DNA from: Eubacteriales bacterium
Lineage (GTDB): Bacteria > Bacillota > Clostridia > Oscillospirales > CAG-272
DNA: 59,472 nucleotides
Assembly (NCBI GenBank): GCA_045594745.1
Contig: JAZNZC010000001.1
Location: forward strand, 1-59,472
Reading direction: 5' to 3'
A program made the position numbers and the translations under genes. Each line of letters starts with the position of its first letter. Position 1 is the stretch's first letter. The notes under the pieces were generated by a model, which saw only the letters and a list, made by a program, of their open reading frames with translations, had not been told where the DNA came from and ran no database searches. This document shows positions 35,178 to 46,380 of this stretch, in pieces.

Positions 35178-37415
35178 ATGGGAAATTTTGCAAAAGCATG
35201 GGTGGGCTTCACCCTTGGTGATTGGTGCGAACGCATCGACGTAAGAGATTTTATTCAAAAGAATTATACACCCTACGAGGGAGACGAGAGCTTTTTGGCA
35301 TCTCCCACCGCGCGCACGCTTCGCCTGAAGGCAAAGTTGGACGAAAAACTGAAAGAAGAAAGAGAAAAGGGCGGTGTGATCGGTATCGACACCGAAACCG
35401 TTACGTCTCTTACCGCATATCCTGCGGCTTATCTTGATAAAGACGACGAGCTCATTGTGGGCTTGCAGACTGCCGAGCCATTGGTTCGCTCTGTCAACCC
35501 CTTTGGCGGCATCCGCATGGCGAGAAGCGCTTGCAAGGCTTACGGAACAGAGCTTTCCGACGAGATCGAAAAAGCATTCCGATTCCGCACCACGCACAAC
35601 GACGGTGTCTTCCGTGTTTATACCGACACCATGCGCGCTATGCGCCACGCGGGTATTCTGACGGGGCTTCCCGATGCTTACGGTCGCGGACGTATCATTG
35701 GCGATTACCGCCGCATAGCCCTCTACGGCATTGATTTTTTGATCGAAGAAAAGAAAAAAGACAAGCAAGAGCTTGGCAAAAAGGGAATGACCGAGGAGGT
35801 CATGCGCCTTTCGGAAGAGCTCTATAAGCAGATCTCTTTCCTTGGCAAGCTCAAGGAGATGGCGGCTCTTTATGGCTGTGATATCTCTCGCTCTGCCGAG
35901 AATGCACAGGAAGCCATCCAATGGGTCTATTTTGGCTACCTTGCCGCAAACAAGGAGCAAAACGGCGCGGCTATGTCACTTGGTCGTGTTGGCACGTTCC
36001 TCGATATTTACATTGAAAGAGACATCCAAAACGGCATTCTGACCGAGGAAGGCGCACAAGAGCTGATCGACCAATTCGTTATGAAGCTGCGTATGATCCG
36101 CCACCTGCGTACTCCCGAATATAACGAGCTCTTTGGCGGCGACCCGATGTGGATCACCGAAGCCGTTGGCGGCGTTGGAGAGGATGGAAGACCTCTTGTC
36201 ACAAAGAACGCCTACCGCTTCCTGCACACGCTCTACAACCTCGGCTCGGCTCCCGAGCCCAACCTTACGGTTCTGTGGTCTAACAAGCTACCCGAGCCTT
36301 TTAAGCGCTACTGTGCGCGCGTTTCCATCGACACCGACTCCATTCAATACGAGAGCGACGACCTGATGCGCCCTCGCTTCGGTGACGATTACGCCATTGC
36401 TTGTTGCGTGAGTGCTATGAAGGTTGGCAAGCAGATGCAGTTCTTTGGCGCTCGTTGCAACCTTCCCAAGATCCTTCTTATGGCGCTCAACGGTGGCCGT
36501 GATGAAAAATACGATATGCAGATCGGTCCCGAAATGCCCGTTATGGACGACGAGATCCTGGACTTTGACAAAGTGCGCCAACGCCTCGATTTTTATATGA
36601 ACTGGCTGGCAGGTGAATACGTCAACACGATGAACGTCATTCACTATATGCATGATAAATACGCTTACGAAAAGACACAGCTCGCGCTTCACGATACCGA
36701 CGTAGAGCGCCTGATGGCGTTCGGAGCAGCAGGTCTTTCGGTTATTGCCGATAGCCTTTCTGCCATCAAGTTTGCAAAGGTACGTCCCATTCGCGACGAG
36801 CGCGGACTCATCAGCGACTTTGAAGTGGAGGGAGACTTCCCGAAATTTGGCAACGACGACGGACGTGTTGACTCGATTGCCGAAGAGCTGCTTGATAAAT
36901 TTATTGCGGCTCTGCGCCAAACGCCTACCTATCGCAACGCCGTGCACACCCTTTCGGTTCTTACCATTACAAGCAACGTCGTTTACGGCAAAAAGACGGG
37001 AGCGACTCCCGACGGACGCCACGCAGGTGAGCCCTTTGCCCCGGGTGCCAATCCGATGCACAACCGCGAGACCTGCGGTGCGCTTGCATCTCTGAACTCG
37101 GTAGCAAAGCTTTCCTACGACTCTTGCCGTGACGGTATTTCCAACACCTTCTCCATTGTCCCCGAGGCACTCGGCAAAACACACGAGGAACGCATCGACA
37201 ATCTTGTTGCGATTCTGGGCGGTTACTTCAATCGCAATGCGCACCACATCAACGTCAACGTCCTCAACCGTCAAAAGCTGATAGACGCAATGGAAAATCC
37301 AGAGCTTTATCCCAACCTTACCATCCGTGTTTCGGGTTACGCGGTCAACTTCCATAAGCTCTCGCGCGAGCAGCAAAAAGAGGTCATCAGCCGCACCTTC
37401 CACGAAACGATGTAA
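35178..37415 (+). CDS. pflB: Pyruvate formate-lyase
   Basis: IACCVS active-site Cys pair; TIRVSGY glycyl radical motif. Confidence 0.97.
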   Translation: MGNFAKAWVGFTLGDWCERIDVRDFIQKNYTPYEGDESFLASPTARTLRLKAKLDEKLKEEREKGGVIGIDTETVTSLTAYPAAYLDKDDELIVGLQTAEPLVRSVNPFGGIRMARSACKAYGTELSDEIEKAFRFRTTHNDGVFRVYTDTMRAMRHAGILTGLPDAYGRGRIIGDYRRIALYGIDFLIEEKKKDKQELGKKGMTEEVMRLSEELYKQISFLGKLKEMAALYGCDISRSAENAQEAIQWVYFGYLAANKEQNGAAMSLGRVGTFLDIYIERDIQNGILTEEGAQELIDQFVMKLRMIRHLRTPEYNELFGGDPMWITEAVGGVGEDGRPLVTKNAYRFLHTLYNLGSAPEPNLTVLWSNKLPEPFKRYCARVSIDTDSIQYESDDLMRPRFGDDYAIACCVSAMKVGKQMQFFGARCNLPKILLMALNGGRDEKYDMQIGPEMPVMDDEILDFDKVRQRLDFYMNWLAGEYVNTMNVIHYMHDKYAYEKTQLALHDTDVERLMAFGAAGLSVIADSLSAIKFAKVRPIRDERGLISDFEVEGDFPKFGNDDGRVDSIAEELLDKFIAALRQTPTYRNAVHTLSVLTITSNVVYGKKTGATPDGRHAGEPFAPGANPMHNRETCGALASLNSVAKLSYDSCRDGISNTFSIVPEALGKTHEERIDNLVAILGGYFNRNAHHINVNVLNRQKLIDAMENPELYPNLTIRVSGYAVNFHKLSREQQKEVISRTFHETM

Positions 37416-37418
37416 CCG

Positions 37419-38132
37419 ATGAAAGGTTACGTTCACAGTATCCAATCCCTTGGCACGGTCGACGGGCCGGGCGTGCGCTCGGTCGTCTTCCTGTCGGGGT
37501 GTCCCTTGCGGTGCATCTACTGCCACAATCCCGATACGTGGGAGCGGCAGGAGAGCCAACTGACCGATGCCGACGCACTTGCCGAGCGGCTTTTACGCTT
37601 TTACCCGTACATCAAAAACGGGGGCGTGACCTTTTCGGGCGGCGAGCCGTTACTCCAAGCAGAGTTCGTTTGCGAGGCGGCAAACATCCTCAAAAAAGAG
37701 GGATTGCATATCGCCGTCGACACCTGCGGCACGCCCATAACACCTGCCGCCGAGCGATTGCTCGAGGTTGCAGATCTCTTCCTTTTGGACATCAAAATGA
37801 CCACCGAAGAGGACTATAAACGCCACACGGGTGGCAGTTTAGCCACAACAATGGCGTTTTTGGATCGCCTCGAGGAAATGAAAAAAGATGTTTGGATCCG
37901 CCATGTGGTTGTTCCGAACATCAATGATAATGAAGAAGATATCCAACGATTAGCCGATCTGATACGCGGATATCGTTGTATCAAAAAGGTTGAGCTTTTG
38001 CCGTTCAAGAATCTATGCCTTGAAAAATACCGTGCGATGGGTATTCCGTTCGCGCTCGAAGAAACACCGCCGATGAGGGCGGATGCCGTAGAGGTACTTG
38101 AAAGAGTGTTGACGGAAGCACTAAAGTCTTAA
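37419..38132 (+). CDS. pflA: Pyruvate formate-lyase activating enzyme
   Basis: GTVDGPG, GCPLRCIYCHNPDTW, SGGEPL. Confidence 0.95.
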   Translation: MKGYVHSIQSLGTVDGPGVRSVVFLSGCPLRCIYCHNPDTWERQESQLTDADALAERLLRFYPYIKNGGVTFSGGEPLLQAEFVCEAANILKKEGLHIAVDTCGTPITPAAERLLEVADLFLLDIKMTTEEDYKRHTGGSLATTMAFLDRLEEMKKDVWIRHVVVPNINDNEEDIQRLADLIRGYRCIKKVELLPFKNLCLEKYRAMGIPFALEETPPMRADAVEVLERVLTEALKS

Positions 38133-38175
38133 AATGCAAAAATGGGTTGCCGAGTTTTACTCGACAACCCAAAAA

Positions 38176-38829
38176 TCACTTTTGACAGAGGATCTCAGCA
38201 AGCGCATCCCATGTCGCTTCAAATTCCATCGTTTTTCGCGTCACGGGGTGCAAAAACGCAAGACGTGTGGCAAAAAGCGCGATTGGTCTATTATCTCCGC
38301 GCGCTCCGTATTTGCCGTCGCCCAAGAGCGTATGCCCACGCGAAGCAAACTGAACGCGTATCTGATGCGTTCTTCCCGTATGCAGCAAAACGTGCACCAG
38401 CGTACATTCTTCGCTGCGCGCCGTTACAAGATGCTTTATGGTGTCATACTCCAAAAGAGCTTCTTTTACGCCTGCGCGCGTTCGGTCGACAACAAAAGTT
38501 TTGTTCTGCCTTCTATCGTGGAAGAGCAGATCTCGCATCTCGCCACACTCGGGATCGGGTGCGCCGCGCACCACGGCAAGGTATTCTTTTTTTAGCTCTC
38601 GCGCCTGCACGGCCGCCGAAAGCTTCGCCGCTGCTGTTGGCGTTTTGGCATACACCATTACGCCGCCCACGCCGCGGTCAAGCCGATGAATAGTGCCAAT
38701 ATATCCGCCCGTCCGTTCGGACAGAATGTCGGCAAGCCCATCCTTCGCGGCGGTCGACTCGCAAACAAGAGCGGGTGGTTTTAGGACGACGAGGATATGT
38801 GCGTCCTCATATAAAACAGAAATATCCAT
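38176..38829 (-). CDS. RluA-family pseudouridine synthase
   Basis: HRLDR, TGRTHQIRV, GDGKYG. Confidence 0.92.
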   Translation of the reverse strand: MDISVLYEDAHILVVLKPPALVCESTAAKDGLADILSERTGGYIGTIHRLDRGVGGVMVYAKTPTAAAKLSAAVQARELKKEYLAVVRGAPDPECGEMRDLLFHDRRQNKTFVVDRTRAGVKEALLEYDTIKHLVTARSEECTLVHVLLHTGRTHQIRVQFASRGHTLLGDGKYGARGDNRPIALFATRLAFLHPVTRKTMEFEATWDALAEILCQK

Positions 38830-38883
38830 AAAAAACATCCTTTACAGATTGATTTTTGAAAGAAGAAAAAGGGGAGTGAAGCC

Positions 38884-39669
38884 ATGTCAAAAATGCAGGA
38901 AAACGCATCACGTGTATGCAAAAACGCGCTAAATGACGCTCTCGGGGCGCAATTTGAGGGCGTTTTTGTTCGCGTATTCGACGAGATCGACTCCACCAAC
39001 ACCGAGGCCAAACGAATGGCAGTCGATGGCTTTCGGGGCGATGCACTCCTTGTTGCGCATAGCCAAACGGCAGGCCGCGGTCGCATGGGGCGCAGCTTTT
39101 ACTCACCCGCCCGGACGGGTGCATATTTCAGCATCCTGCACACCTTGAATGCCCCTCTCTGTGATGCGGTTGCCATCACCTCGGCGGCATCGGTTGCCGT
39201 TATGCGTGCCATCCGCAACCTTACCGGCATTCAAACCGACATCAAATGGGTCAACGACCTCTATTACAATAAAAAGAAGATTTGCGGTATTCTCACCGAG
39301 GCTGTCAGCACAGGAGAGGGCACGCACGTCATTGTGGGTATCGGAATCAACCTTGATACTGTCAACTTTCCCGAAGAACTGAAAGATATTGCCGGCTCGC
39401 TCGACACGCAAATTGATATTTGTGAACTCATTGCCGAGATCTATCGAGAGATCTTCATCTATCTGCAAGACCCGAGCAATCGGGAATGGCTCGACGACTA
39501 CCGCACTCATTCCTTGGTTCTTGGTCGCCGCGTGGCTTGGATAGATGCCGAAACCACACGCACAGGCATTGCCGAAGCCATCGACGAGGATGGTGCACTC
39601 TTCATTCGAGACGAGAAAAACGAGCTTGTTCGACTCCATACGGGAGAGATCTCTCTGCGTCCCTTGTAA
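38884..39669 (+). CDS. birA: Biotin-protein ligase lacking the N-terminal HTH
   Basis: DSTN, QTAGRGR, IKWVND, KICGIL, GIGIN. Confidence 0.9.
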   Translation: MSKMQENASRVCKNALNDALGAQFEGVFVRVFDEIDSTNTEAKRMAVDGFRGDALLVAHSQTAGRGRMGRSFYSPARTGAYFSILHTLNAPLCDAVAITSAASVAVMRAIRNLTGIQTDIKWVNDLYYNKKKICGILTEAVSTGEGTHVIVGIGINLDTVNFPEELKDIAGSLDTQIDICELIAEIYREIFIYLQDPSNREWLDDYRTHSLVLGRRVAWIDAETTRTGIAEAIDEDGALFIRDEKNELVRLHTGEISLRPL

Positions 39670-39889
39670 TCATTCAATTTTAGAATAAGTCTAATTCTCA
39701 TTCTAAAATATAGGCTAAAAAGTCAAGAAAACGTCTATTTTTACCCAATTATACCACAAAAACAGCCCTTCTCTTTCTTTGTTCATAAAAAGTTAACATT
39801 CAAAATGCGATCTCGGTATTGCAATTCTGTAAGAAAAAAGATACAATAATATGATAAATTAAAAAATTAACAAAGAAAAGGAAATATAA

Positions 39890-40606
39890 ATGTTAGAATT
39901 CAGAAACGTCTCTTATGTGACGCCGGATGGGAAGACGATCCTGCGTGACGTAAGTCTTAAAATCGACGATCGCTTTGTGGCAGTGACCGGTCCAAACGGA
40001 AGCGGAAAATCTACAATGGCAAAGCTGATCGCGGGTATCTATACCCCTACGTCCGGTCAGATCCTTCTGGACGGCGTTGACATCACCAATCTTTCCATTA
40101 CCGAGCGCGCCAAGGGGGGCATCAGCTTTGCCTTCCAGCAGCCCGTGCGATTCAAGGGTATTACCGTTAAGGAGCTCATTTCCATTGCATCGGGCAAGAA
40201 CATCTCGGTTGCCGAGGCCTGCTCTTATCTCTCCGAGGTAGGGCTTTGCGCCAAGGATTACGTAAACCGCGAGGTGGACGGCTCTCTTTCGGGCGGCGAG
40301 CTCAAGAGAATCGAGATCGCAATGATCAATGCACGCGGCACAAAGCTCTCTGTTTTCGACGAGCCCGAGGCGGGAATTGACCTGTGGAGCTTTAACAATT
40401 TGATTCAGGTTTTTCGCAATATGTATGAAAAAACCAAGGGTACCATCGTCATTATCTCGCACCAGGAACGCATTCTCGACATTGCCGATAAGATCATCGT
40501 CATTGCCGACGGACGTGTGGCTGCTTACGGCACCAAAAACGAGATTTTGCCCGAGCTTTTGAACGCGCAGGTGGGATGCCGCTTTTTTGAGGAGGTGCGC
40601 AAATAA
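39890..40606 (+). CDS. sufC: SufC-like ABC ATPase
   Basis: GPNGSGKST, FQQP, LSGGELKRIE, DEPEAGID; adjacent SufBD gene. Confidence 0.85.
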   Translation: MLEFRNVSYVTPDGKTILRDVSLKIDDRFVAVTGPNGSGKSTMAKLIAGIYTPTSGQILLDGVDITNLSITERAKGGISFAFQQPVRFKGITVKELISIASGKNISVAEACSYLSEVGLCAKDYVNREVDGSLSGGELKRIEIAMINARGTKLSVFDEPEAGIDLWSFNNLIQVFRNMYEKTKGTIVIISHQERILDIADKIIVIADGRVAAYGTKNEILPELLNAQVGCRFFEEVRK

Positions 40607-41526
40607 TGATGGACGCTATTCAAAAAAAGCTGCTTGAGCAGGTGGCAGACCTGCATGACGTGCCCCAAGGTGCATATTCCTTGCGCATTAACGGCAACCT
40701 GTACGGCAAAAACGACTCCGAAAACATCACCATTGTTGCAAAAACCGACAAAGCGGGCATAGATATTTACGTCAAACCCGGAACCAAAAATGAAAGCTTG
40801 CACATTCCCGTTTTGCTTGCGCAATCGGGCCTGAAAGAGCTGGTGTATAACGATTTTCACATCGGCGCAGATTGCGACGTTACCATCGTCGCGGGCTGCG
40901 GAATCCACAACAGCGGTAGTGAAGAAAGCGAGCACAGCGGCATTCACGCCTTCTATCTTGATGAAGGTGCGCGTGTCAAATATGTAGAAAAGCACTACGG
41001 TCAGGGAGACGGAACGGGCAAGCGCGTAATGAATCCCACAACCGTTGCCGTTCTTGGTAAAAACAGCTACATGGAGATGGAAACCGCACAAATCAAGGGC
41101 GTCGATTCCACTCGCCGTGATACCACCGCAACCCTCGATGAGGGTGCAACTCTGATCGTGCGTGAGAAGATTATGACACACGGTACGCAATTTGCCGAGA
41201 CCAACTTTACGGTCGATCTCAACGGAGAGGGAAGTGCCACACACGTGATCTCCCGTTCGGTGGCAAAGGATAAGAGCAGACAGAGCTTTTTGTCACACGT
41301 CAACGGAAATAACCGTTGCTCGGGACATACCGAGTGCGATGCCATTATTATGGGAGAAGCACAGGTCATCGCTCTGCCGCAGATCGAGGCGAACCACGTC
41401 GACGCGTCGCTCATTCACGAGGCGGCAATCGGCAAGATCGCAGGGGAACAACTCATCAAGCTGATGACCTTGGGACTTACCGAGGCTGAGGCAGAAGAGC
41501 ATATTGTTAATGGATTCCTGAAGTAA
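40606..41526 (+). CDS. SufB/SufD-family Fe-S assembly protein
   Basis: GHTECDAII and HEAAIGKIA motifs. Confidence 0.88.
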   Translation: MMDAIQKKLLEQVADLHDVPQGAYSLRINGNLYGKNDSENITIVAKTDKAGIDIYVKPGTKNESLHIPVLLAQSGLKELVYNDFHIGADCDVTIVAGCGIHNSGSEESEHSGIHAFYLDEGARVKYVEKHYGQGDGTGKRVMNPTTVAVLGKNSYMEMETAQIKGVDSTRRDTTATLDEGATLIVREKIMTHGTQFAETNFTVDLNGEGSATHVISRSVAKDKSRQSFLSHVNGNNRCSGHTECDAIIMGEAQVIALPQIEANHVDASLIHEAAIGKIAGEQLIKLMTLGLTEAEAEEHIVNGFLK

Positions 41527-41613
41527 GGACCGTCACAATTTGCGCAGAACAAAAGCCACACGAAAGGGCAACCCACGATCAATTAAATTTGTTAGCAAAA
41601 TTTGCATTAGGTT

Positions 41614-41652
41614 GAAATCCGCCGGAATTTTTTCGGCGGATTTCTTCGTTTT
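41614..41652 (+). terminator. Probable terminator after suf pair
   Basis: gaaatccgccgga...ttcggcggatttc followed by T-rich tract. Confidence 0.55.
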
Positions 41653-42191
41653 TATGTGGCTTTTTAGACGCGCTCGACCTCTCTGCCGTACCCTTGTACG
41701 ACGACGAGTGGCCGATCGCACCTTCTGCATCAAATTGAGTCGGCCCTTTTCTGTTCTTTGCACAAAATGTTGAATTTTCGGGAAACAAGGTTTGAAATCG
41801 GCTATGCAGAGCCGATTTTTTGATTTTCTATCTATCCCACTATGTGTAGAAAATGCGCCTCGAAAATTGTGCAACTCTCACAAAAAAGTGAGAATTTTCC
41901 TTTTTCAAAAGATTTTTTCGAACCCTTCAAAATAGGTAAATAAAATTTACCAATTTGAAACTTTCTGTTTTTGTGCAGTAAAAATAGACAAAAATGTGCA
42001 CAAAAACCACTCTTTCGAGGTGTTTTGGGACGCAAAACGGGTAAATTTTATTTACAAAAGGCAAATATGACTCCCGAAAGCAAAAAAACCCTTTCGAAAA
42101 TTGTAAACTTTTTGAAAAGACGCTTTGTCCGACGCGTGAATTGAAAGCTTTTTTTGGAAGCGTTGGGGGAATTTTTTTGAGATAGTTTTTC

Positions 42192-42220
42192 TTGACAACT
42201 CTCGCGTGTTGTGATATTAT
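42192..42220 (+). promoter_or_regulatory. Sigma-A promoter of the carbohydrate uptake operon
   Basis: TTGACA-17-TATTAT with TG extension. Confidence 0.75.
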
Positions 42221-42252
42221 ATTATATATATTTGGGAAAACTCTGCCCAAAA

Positions 42253-42401
42253 TCGCCCGATTGGTGGAGTTTGTTTGACCCGTTCGCTCAAGCGCGACAC
42301 GCGGAGCCGCTATCCGCGCGTGCGTGCAAGGCAACGGCGCCCGACCGCGAAAGTGATTTGCGAGCACTGACGCGGGAGCAAACGAAAACAATTATGGGCG
42401 A
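42253..42401 (+). ncRNA. Candidate structured 5' leader RNA
   Basis: Nested pairings tcgccc/gggcga, tttgtttg/caaacgaa, cccg/cggg, gctc/gagc enclosing two branches. Confidence 0.4.
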
Positions 42402-42432
42402 AAGTGTTAATTTCTTTCAGGAGGAAACGCAA

Positions 42433-45400
42433 ATGAGAAACAAAACTTTCACAAGACTGCTCTGTCTGGCTCTGGCCATGTTGCTTCTTGTGAGTGGTGC
42501 CGTGACCGTTGTGAGTGCACAGGAGATTCAGCACGACAACCTTACGGACAAAACGATTGCAGACTACAAGGAAACCTTGGATCTGATCTCTTACGCCGAG
42601 TATCAAACCTTGTACTATGCAAACGCCCAAAAGGCCACCGAAGAGATCTCTCTTATGCTGACCGAGAATTGGAAGTACGTATGGGACGATACTGTCATCA
42701 CCATGACCGATGGGGTTTGGAAGATGATCGTTCTTGCCGATGCGCACTATGCAAACTTGGATGAGGCAAAGAAGGCCGGTATAGCCACAGAGAATCTTCA
42801 CCGTCTGGACGATGGCCGTTACCGCGAGATCGTAGAAACCTACGATTCCCCCGAGGCGGCAAAAGCGGTAAAGGATGACAAGGGCGTTGCAAAGTATGAC
42901 GACTCCAACATGGCGTACGTCACCGAAGAGTACGATGGCAAAAAGGCTGTCTACACTCCCGGCAGAGGTGCGATCACTTGGACGATCGATCTGGCAGCAA
43001 ACGGCATCGATGTTGCAACACTGTTCAGCCTCGGCTTGGACTACTATCCCGTTGTAGCAAGATCCACGCCTATCGAGCGTGAGTTCTACATCAATGGTAA
43101 GCCTACCTTCTCCGAGGCCTACATTCTCTCCTTCTCCAAGGTATGGGGTATGTATGCACAGGGAAGCAGCACCGAAGCAGGTGGAGTCAAGTATGATTCA
43201 AGTGCAAAATATACGCTCTCCAAAAAGGATAACCTCGAAAGTATCATCGCAGCGGCAAAGGATGCCGGATACGTCTCCGAGGCAGGTGTCAGCACGTCCG
43301 GTGCTCCCGTTTACACCGTAGCGGCAGACAATTCCTACATTACCTTCACGCAGCCTGCGTACACTACGGCTAAGCTCAGCGAGTTTATTGCAGCGTACGG
43401 ACTCCGCTTTTTCCCCGTAGACTTCAATAGCAACGAGATCCGTCCCACGCAGCTGCAGGCTCCCGAGTGGAGACGCTACATCATTAGCGATAGTGACGGT
43501 TATACCCATTCCTACGAGCTCGCAAATGCGCAGGGTGGAACCGATGTTTATGATAGCGAATATTTCGGCTTTGTTTTGACGCCCGACGAGGACGGCAAGG
43601 TTACTATGACGCTTGAGAGTGTCAACGAGCCTATGGCGCTCTCTACCCTCACGCTTATGCCTTATAAGGCTGCCGACACTTATGCAGTCTATCGCGAAAA
43701 GCTCAAGGCAATGGGTATTAGCGACGAGCAGGGCACCAGTGTTATTAAACTTGAGGCTGAAAATCCCACCAGAACCTCTTCCAACGTTGTATACCCGGTT
43801 GAGGACCGTGCATCGGCACTCACCTCTCCCGTTGACCCCAGCGTTCAGCTCCTGAACACCATCGGCGGTGAAAAGTGGGCAACTCCCGGTCAGTGGGTAG
43901 AATATAGCTTCTCCGTAAGTTCCTCCGGTTGGTACGATATCTATACGAGATTCAAGCAGAGCTATCTGGACGGTATGTACACCAGCCGTGCGCTGACTAT
44001 TACCACTAACTACGATAGCGAAGAAGCTTACGCAGAAAAATATGGCAACACAGCAGGTTATTATGACGGTCTGCCTTTCTCCGAGGCATCCGGCCTGCGT
44101 TACGATTACAGCTCCGATTGGCAAGTGACCAAGCTGAGCTCCACCGGTAGATTGGATGACAAGACCTACCAGCTCTATTTCCAGGAGGGTGTTGTTTATA
44201 CCATCAATCTCAAGGTTACATTCGGTACGATGAGTGCGACCGTTCGTGAGATCGAGCGTATCCTGAACGCTCTGAATGACGCTTATCTGAGCATCGTTCA
44301 GTACACCGGTCCTACACCCGACGCTTACCGTGACTATAACTTCTACCGTATGCTTCCCGATACGCTGGACACTCTGTTTGCAGAGAAAGAGGCACTCTCC
44401 AACCTCTCCAAGTTCCTGCGCGAGGGTGCAGGTGTATCTTCTACCTACACCGGTACCTGCGATAAGCTCATCGACCTGATCGGCAAGATGGTTGTTCGCG
44501 GCGGTGAAGGCATTGCATCGGGACTTACCAACTTCAAAGCCTACTCCGGCGGTATCGGTACCTTCCTTGGTGACGTTAAGACACAGCCGTTGCAGATCGA
44601 CTACCTTATGGTTCAACCCGCAACTGCTGAGGCTCCCAAGGCAACACCGAATTTCTTCCAGGCATTCATTCACGAGATCAAGAGCTTCTTCTGGACCTTC
44701 TTCCGTGACTACAACAGCATGGGTACCACCCAGGATTACGATAAGGATCCTTCCGTTGTTGTTGTATGGCTTCCTTCCGGTCGTGACCAGGCAAACGTTG
44801 TTCGTAATATGACTGTTAACGGTTTTACGCAAAAAACCGGTACTGCTGTAAACCTTAAGCTGGTCAACGGCGGTACGTTGCTTCCTTCTATTTTGGCAGG
44901 TATGGGTCCCGACGTTTACCACGGACTTGGTGACGATACGGTTATCAACTACGCAATTCGTGGCGCCTTGATGGAAATCGAGGAAATGGACACTCCCGAA
45001 AACTGGGAAAAGGTTACCTCTTACTTTAATGAATCCGCTATGCTCGTATTCGGTGTTCCGGACGCAGACGACGAGTGGCACTACTACGGACTTCCCGAGT
45101 CGCAGTCCTTCTCGATGATGTTCTTGCGTTTGGATATTCTAAACGAGATCGAAATTGAGATCCCCAAAACGTGGGATGACCTTTACGTAGCACAATCCAA
45201 GCTCCAATCTCACAACATGGAGATCGGTGTTGGTGCAGACTATATGCCTTTCCTCTATCAGAGTGGCGGTAGCATTTGGGCAGACGATGGTATGAGAATC
45301 AACCTCGACTCCGAGGTCGCTCTGTTCGCGTTCAACAAGATGTGTAATATGTTTACGCAGTATTCCTTCCCCTACGACTACAGCGGTGCAAACCGTTTCA

Positions 45401-46368
45401 GAACGGGTGAAATGCCTATTCTGCTTTCCGGTTACACAGGTCTTTACAACCAGCTCAAGGTATTTGCTACCGAGCTTGACGGTTGCTGGACATTCGTTCC
45501 CGTTCCCGGTACGATGAACGCTGACGGAACCATCAATAACAAGGTCCTTGCAGGTTCTTCCGCTCTGGTTATGGTCAGCGGTGCAAAGCATACCGAGGAT
45601 GCTTGGGAATACATGAAGTGGTACACCGGTGCTGAAGCACAGACCACCTACGCAAACGAAATGGTTGCGATCATGGGTGAATCTGCAAAGCACGCAACGG
45701 CAAACAGAGAGGCACTCAAGAGTATGCCTTGGACAGCCGATGAGTTGGTAGAGGTAGAAAAGCAGTTCAATAACCTCTTGGCTATTGAGAACTATCCCGG
45801 CTTCTATTATGTGGGTCGTCACACGCAGTTCGCTTTCCTTGCGGCTTACAACGATGATAAGGATCCCACCACCGAGCTTCTCCGTTACGTTAATACCATT
45901 AACGCAGAAATTACCCGTAAGCGTGAAGAGTTCAACCTCGAAACCGTTGAGCTTGGTAGCACGCTTGCAGAAAAGAGATCTAACCAGATCCGTGAGGCAC
46001 TTGATGCACTTGAGGGTCTTGACAAGATCTCCGAAGACAGTGAAATTTACAGACAGGCAATGTACGGTATTGTAAACCAAAATGTTGAAACCTTGAGAAT
46101 TGCATCTCAAATGTTCGAGGATCTGTTGATGTCCAAGTACGATGGCAGCTCCACCAAAGAGATCACCAAGGTCAGTGGCAAAAAGGCAACCGTACCGACC
46201 TACTTTGTAAACGTTAATAAGCAGACTCTTCCCGAGGCAAAGGACGGTAGCGGCGGATACGAGATCGCATCTCTCGACGAGCTTCAGTTGCTTTACTTCA
46301 TTGCAGAGGCTCTGGAGGATACCGCAAATGCGTATGAATCCTACCGAGTTTCCGCACCGAAATCTTAA
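42433..46368 (+). CDS. Very large extracellular solute-binding protein with N-terminal CBM-like domains
   Basis: Signal peptide; LEAE and W..PGQWVEY motifs; C-terminal SBP (GRDQ, NRFRTGEMP, EITRKREEF). Confidence 0.85.
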   Translation: MRNKTFTRLLCLALAMLLLVSGAVTVVSAQEIQHDNLTDKTIADYKETLDLISYAEYQTLYYANAQKATEEISLMLTENWKYVWDDTVITMTDGVWKMIVLADAHYANLDEAKKAGIATENLHRLDDGRYREIVETYDSPEAAKAVKDDKGVAKYDDSNMAYVTEEYDGKKAVYTPGRGAITWTIDLAANGIDVATLFSLGLDYYPVVARSTPIEREFYINGKPTFSEAYILSFSKVWGMYAQGSSTEAGGVKYDSSAKYTLSKKDNLESIIAAAKDAGYVSEAGVSTSGAPVYTVAADNSYITFTQPAYTTAKLSEFIAAYGLRFFPVDFNSNEIRPTQLQAPEWRRYIISDSDGYTHSYELANAQGGTDVYDSEYFGFVLTPDEDGKVTMTLESVNEPMALSTLTLMPYKAADTYAVYREKLKAMGISDEQGTSVIKLEAENPTRTSSNVVYPVEDRASALTSPVDPSVQLLNTIGGEKWATPGQWVEYSFSVSSSGWYDIYTRFKQSYLDGMYTSRALTITTNYDSEEAYAEKYGNTAGYYDGLPFSEASGLRYDYSSDWQVTKLSSTGRLDDKTYQLYFQEGVVYTINLKVTFGTMSATVREIERILNALNDAYLSIVQYTGPTPDAYRDYNFYRMLPDTLDTLFAEKEALSNLSKFLREGAGVSSTYTGTCDKLIDLIGKMVVRGGEGIASGLTNFKAYSGGIGTFLGDVKTQPLQIDYLMVQPATAEAPKATPNFFQAFIHEIKSFFWTFFRDYNSMGTTQDYDKDPSVVVVWLPSGRDQANVVRNMTVNGFTQKTGTAVNLKLVNGGTLLPSILAGMGPDVYHGLGDDTVINYAIRGALMEIEEMDTPENWEKVTSYFNESAMLVFGVPDADDEWHYYGLPESQSFSMMFLRLDILNEIEIEIPKTWDDLYVAQSKLQSHNMEIGVGADYMPFLYQSGGSIWADDGMRINLDSEVALFAFNKMCNMFTQYSFPYDYSGANRFRTGEMPILLSGYTGLYNQLKVFATELDGCWTFVPVPGTMNADGTINNKVLAGSSALVMVSGAKHTEDAWEYMKWYTGAEAQTTYANEMVAIMGESAKHATANREALKSMPWTADELVEVEKQFNNLLAIENYPGFYYVGRHTQFAFLAAYNDDKDPTTELLRYVNTINAEITRKREEFNLETVELGSTLAEKRSNQIREALDALEGLDKISEDSEIYRQAMYGIVNQNVETLRIASQMFEDLLMSKYDGSSTKEITKVSGKKATVPTYFVNVNKQTLPEAKDGSGGYEIASLDELQLLYFIAEALEDTANAYESYRVSAPKS

Positions 46369-46380
46369 TAAGGAGGAAAA

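Noticed and set aside
39678-39709. Palindrome ttttagaat...attctaaaa as a Fur/IscR-type operator for suf
   Set aside because: Match to known boxes is loose and it may simply be a terminator for birA; cannot be supported.
41530-42180. Short ORFs in the AT-rich intergenic region
   Set aside because: Poly-A/T low complexity, no RBS and no recognisable protein features.
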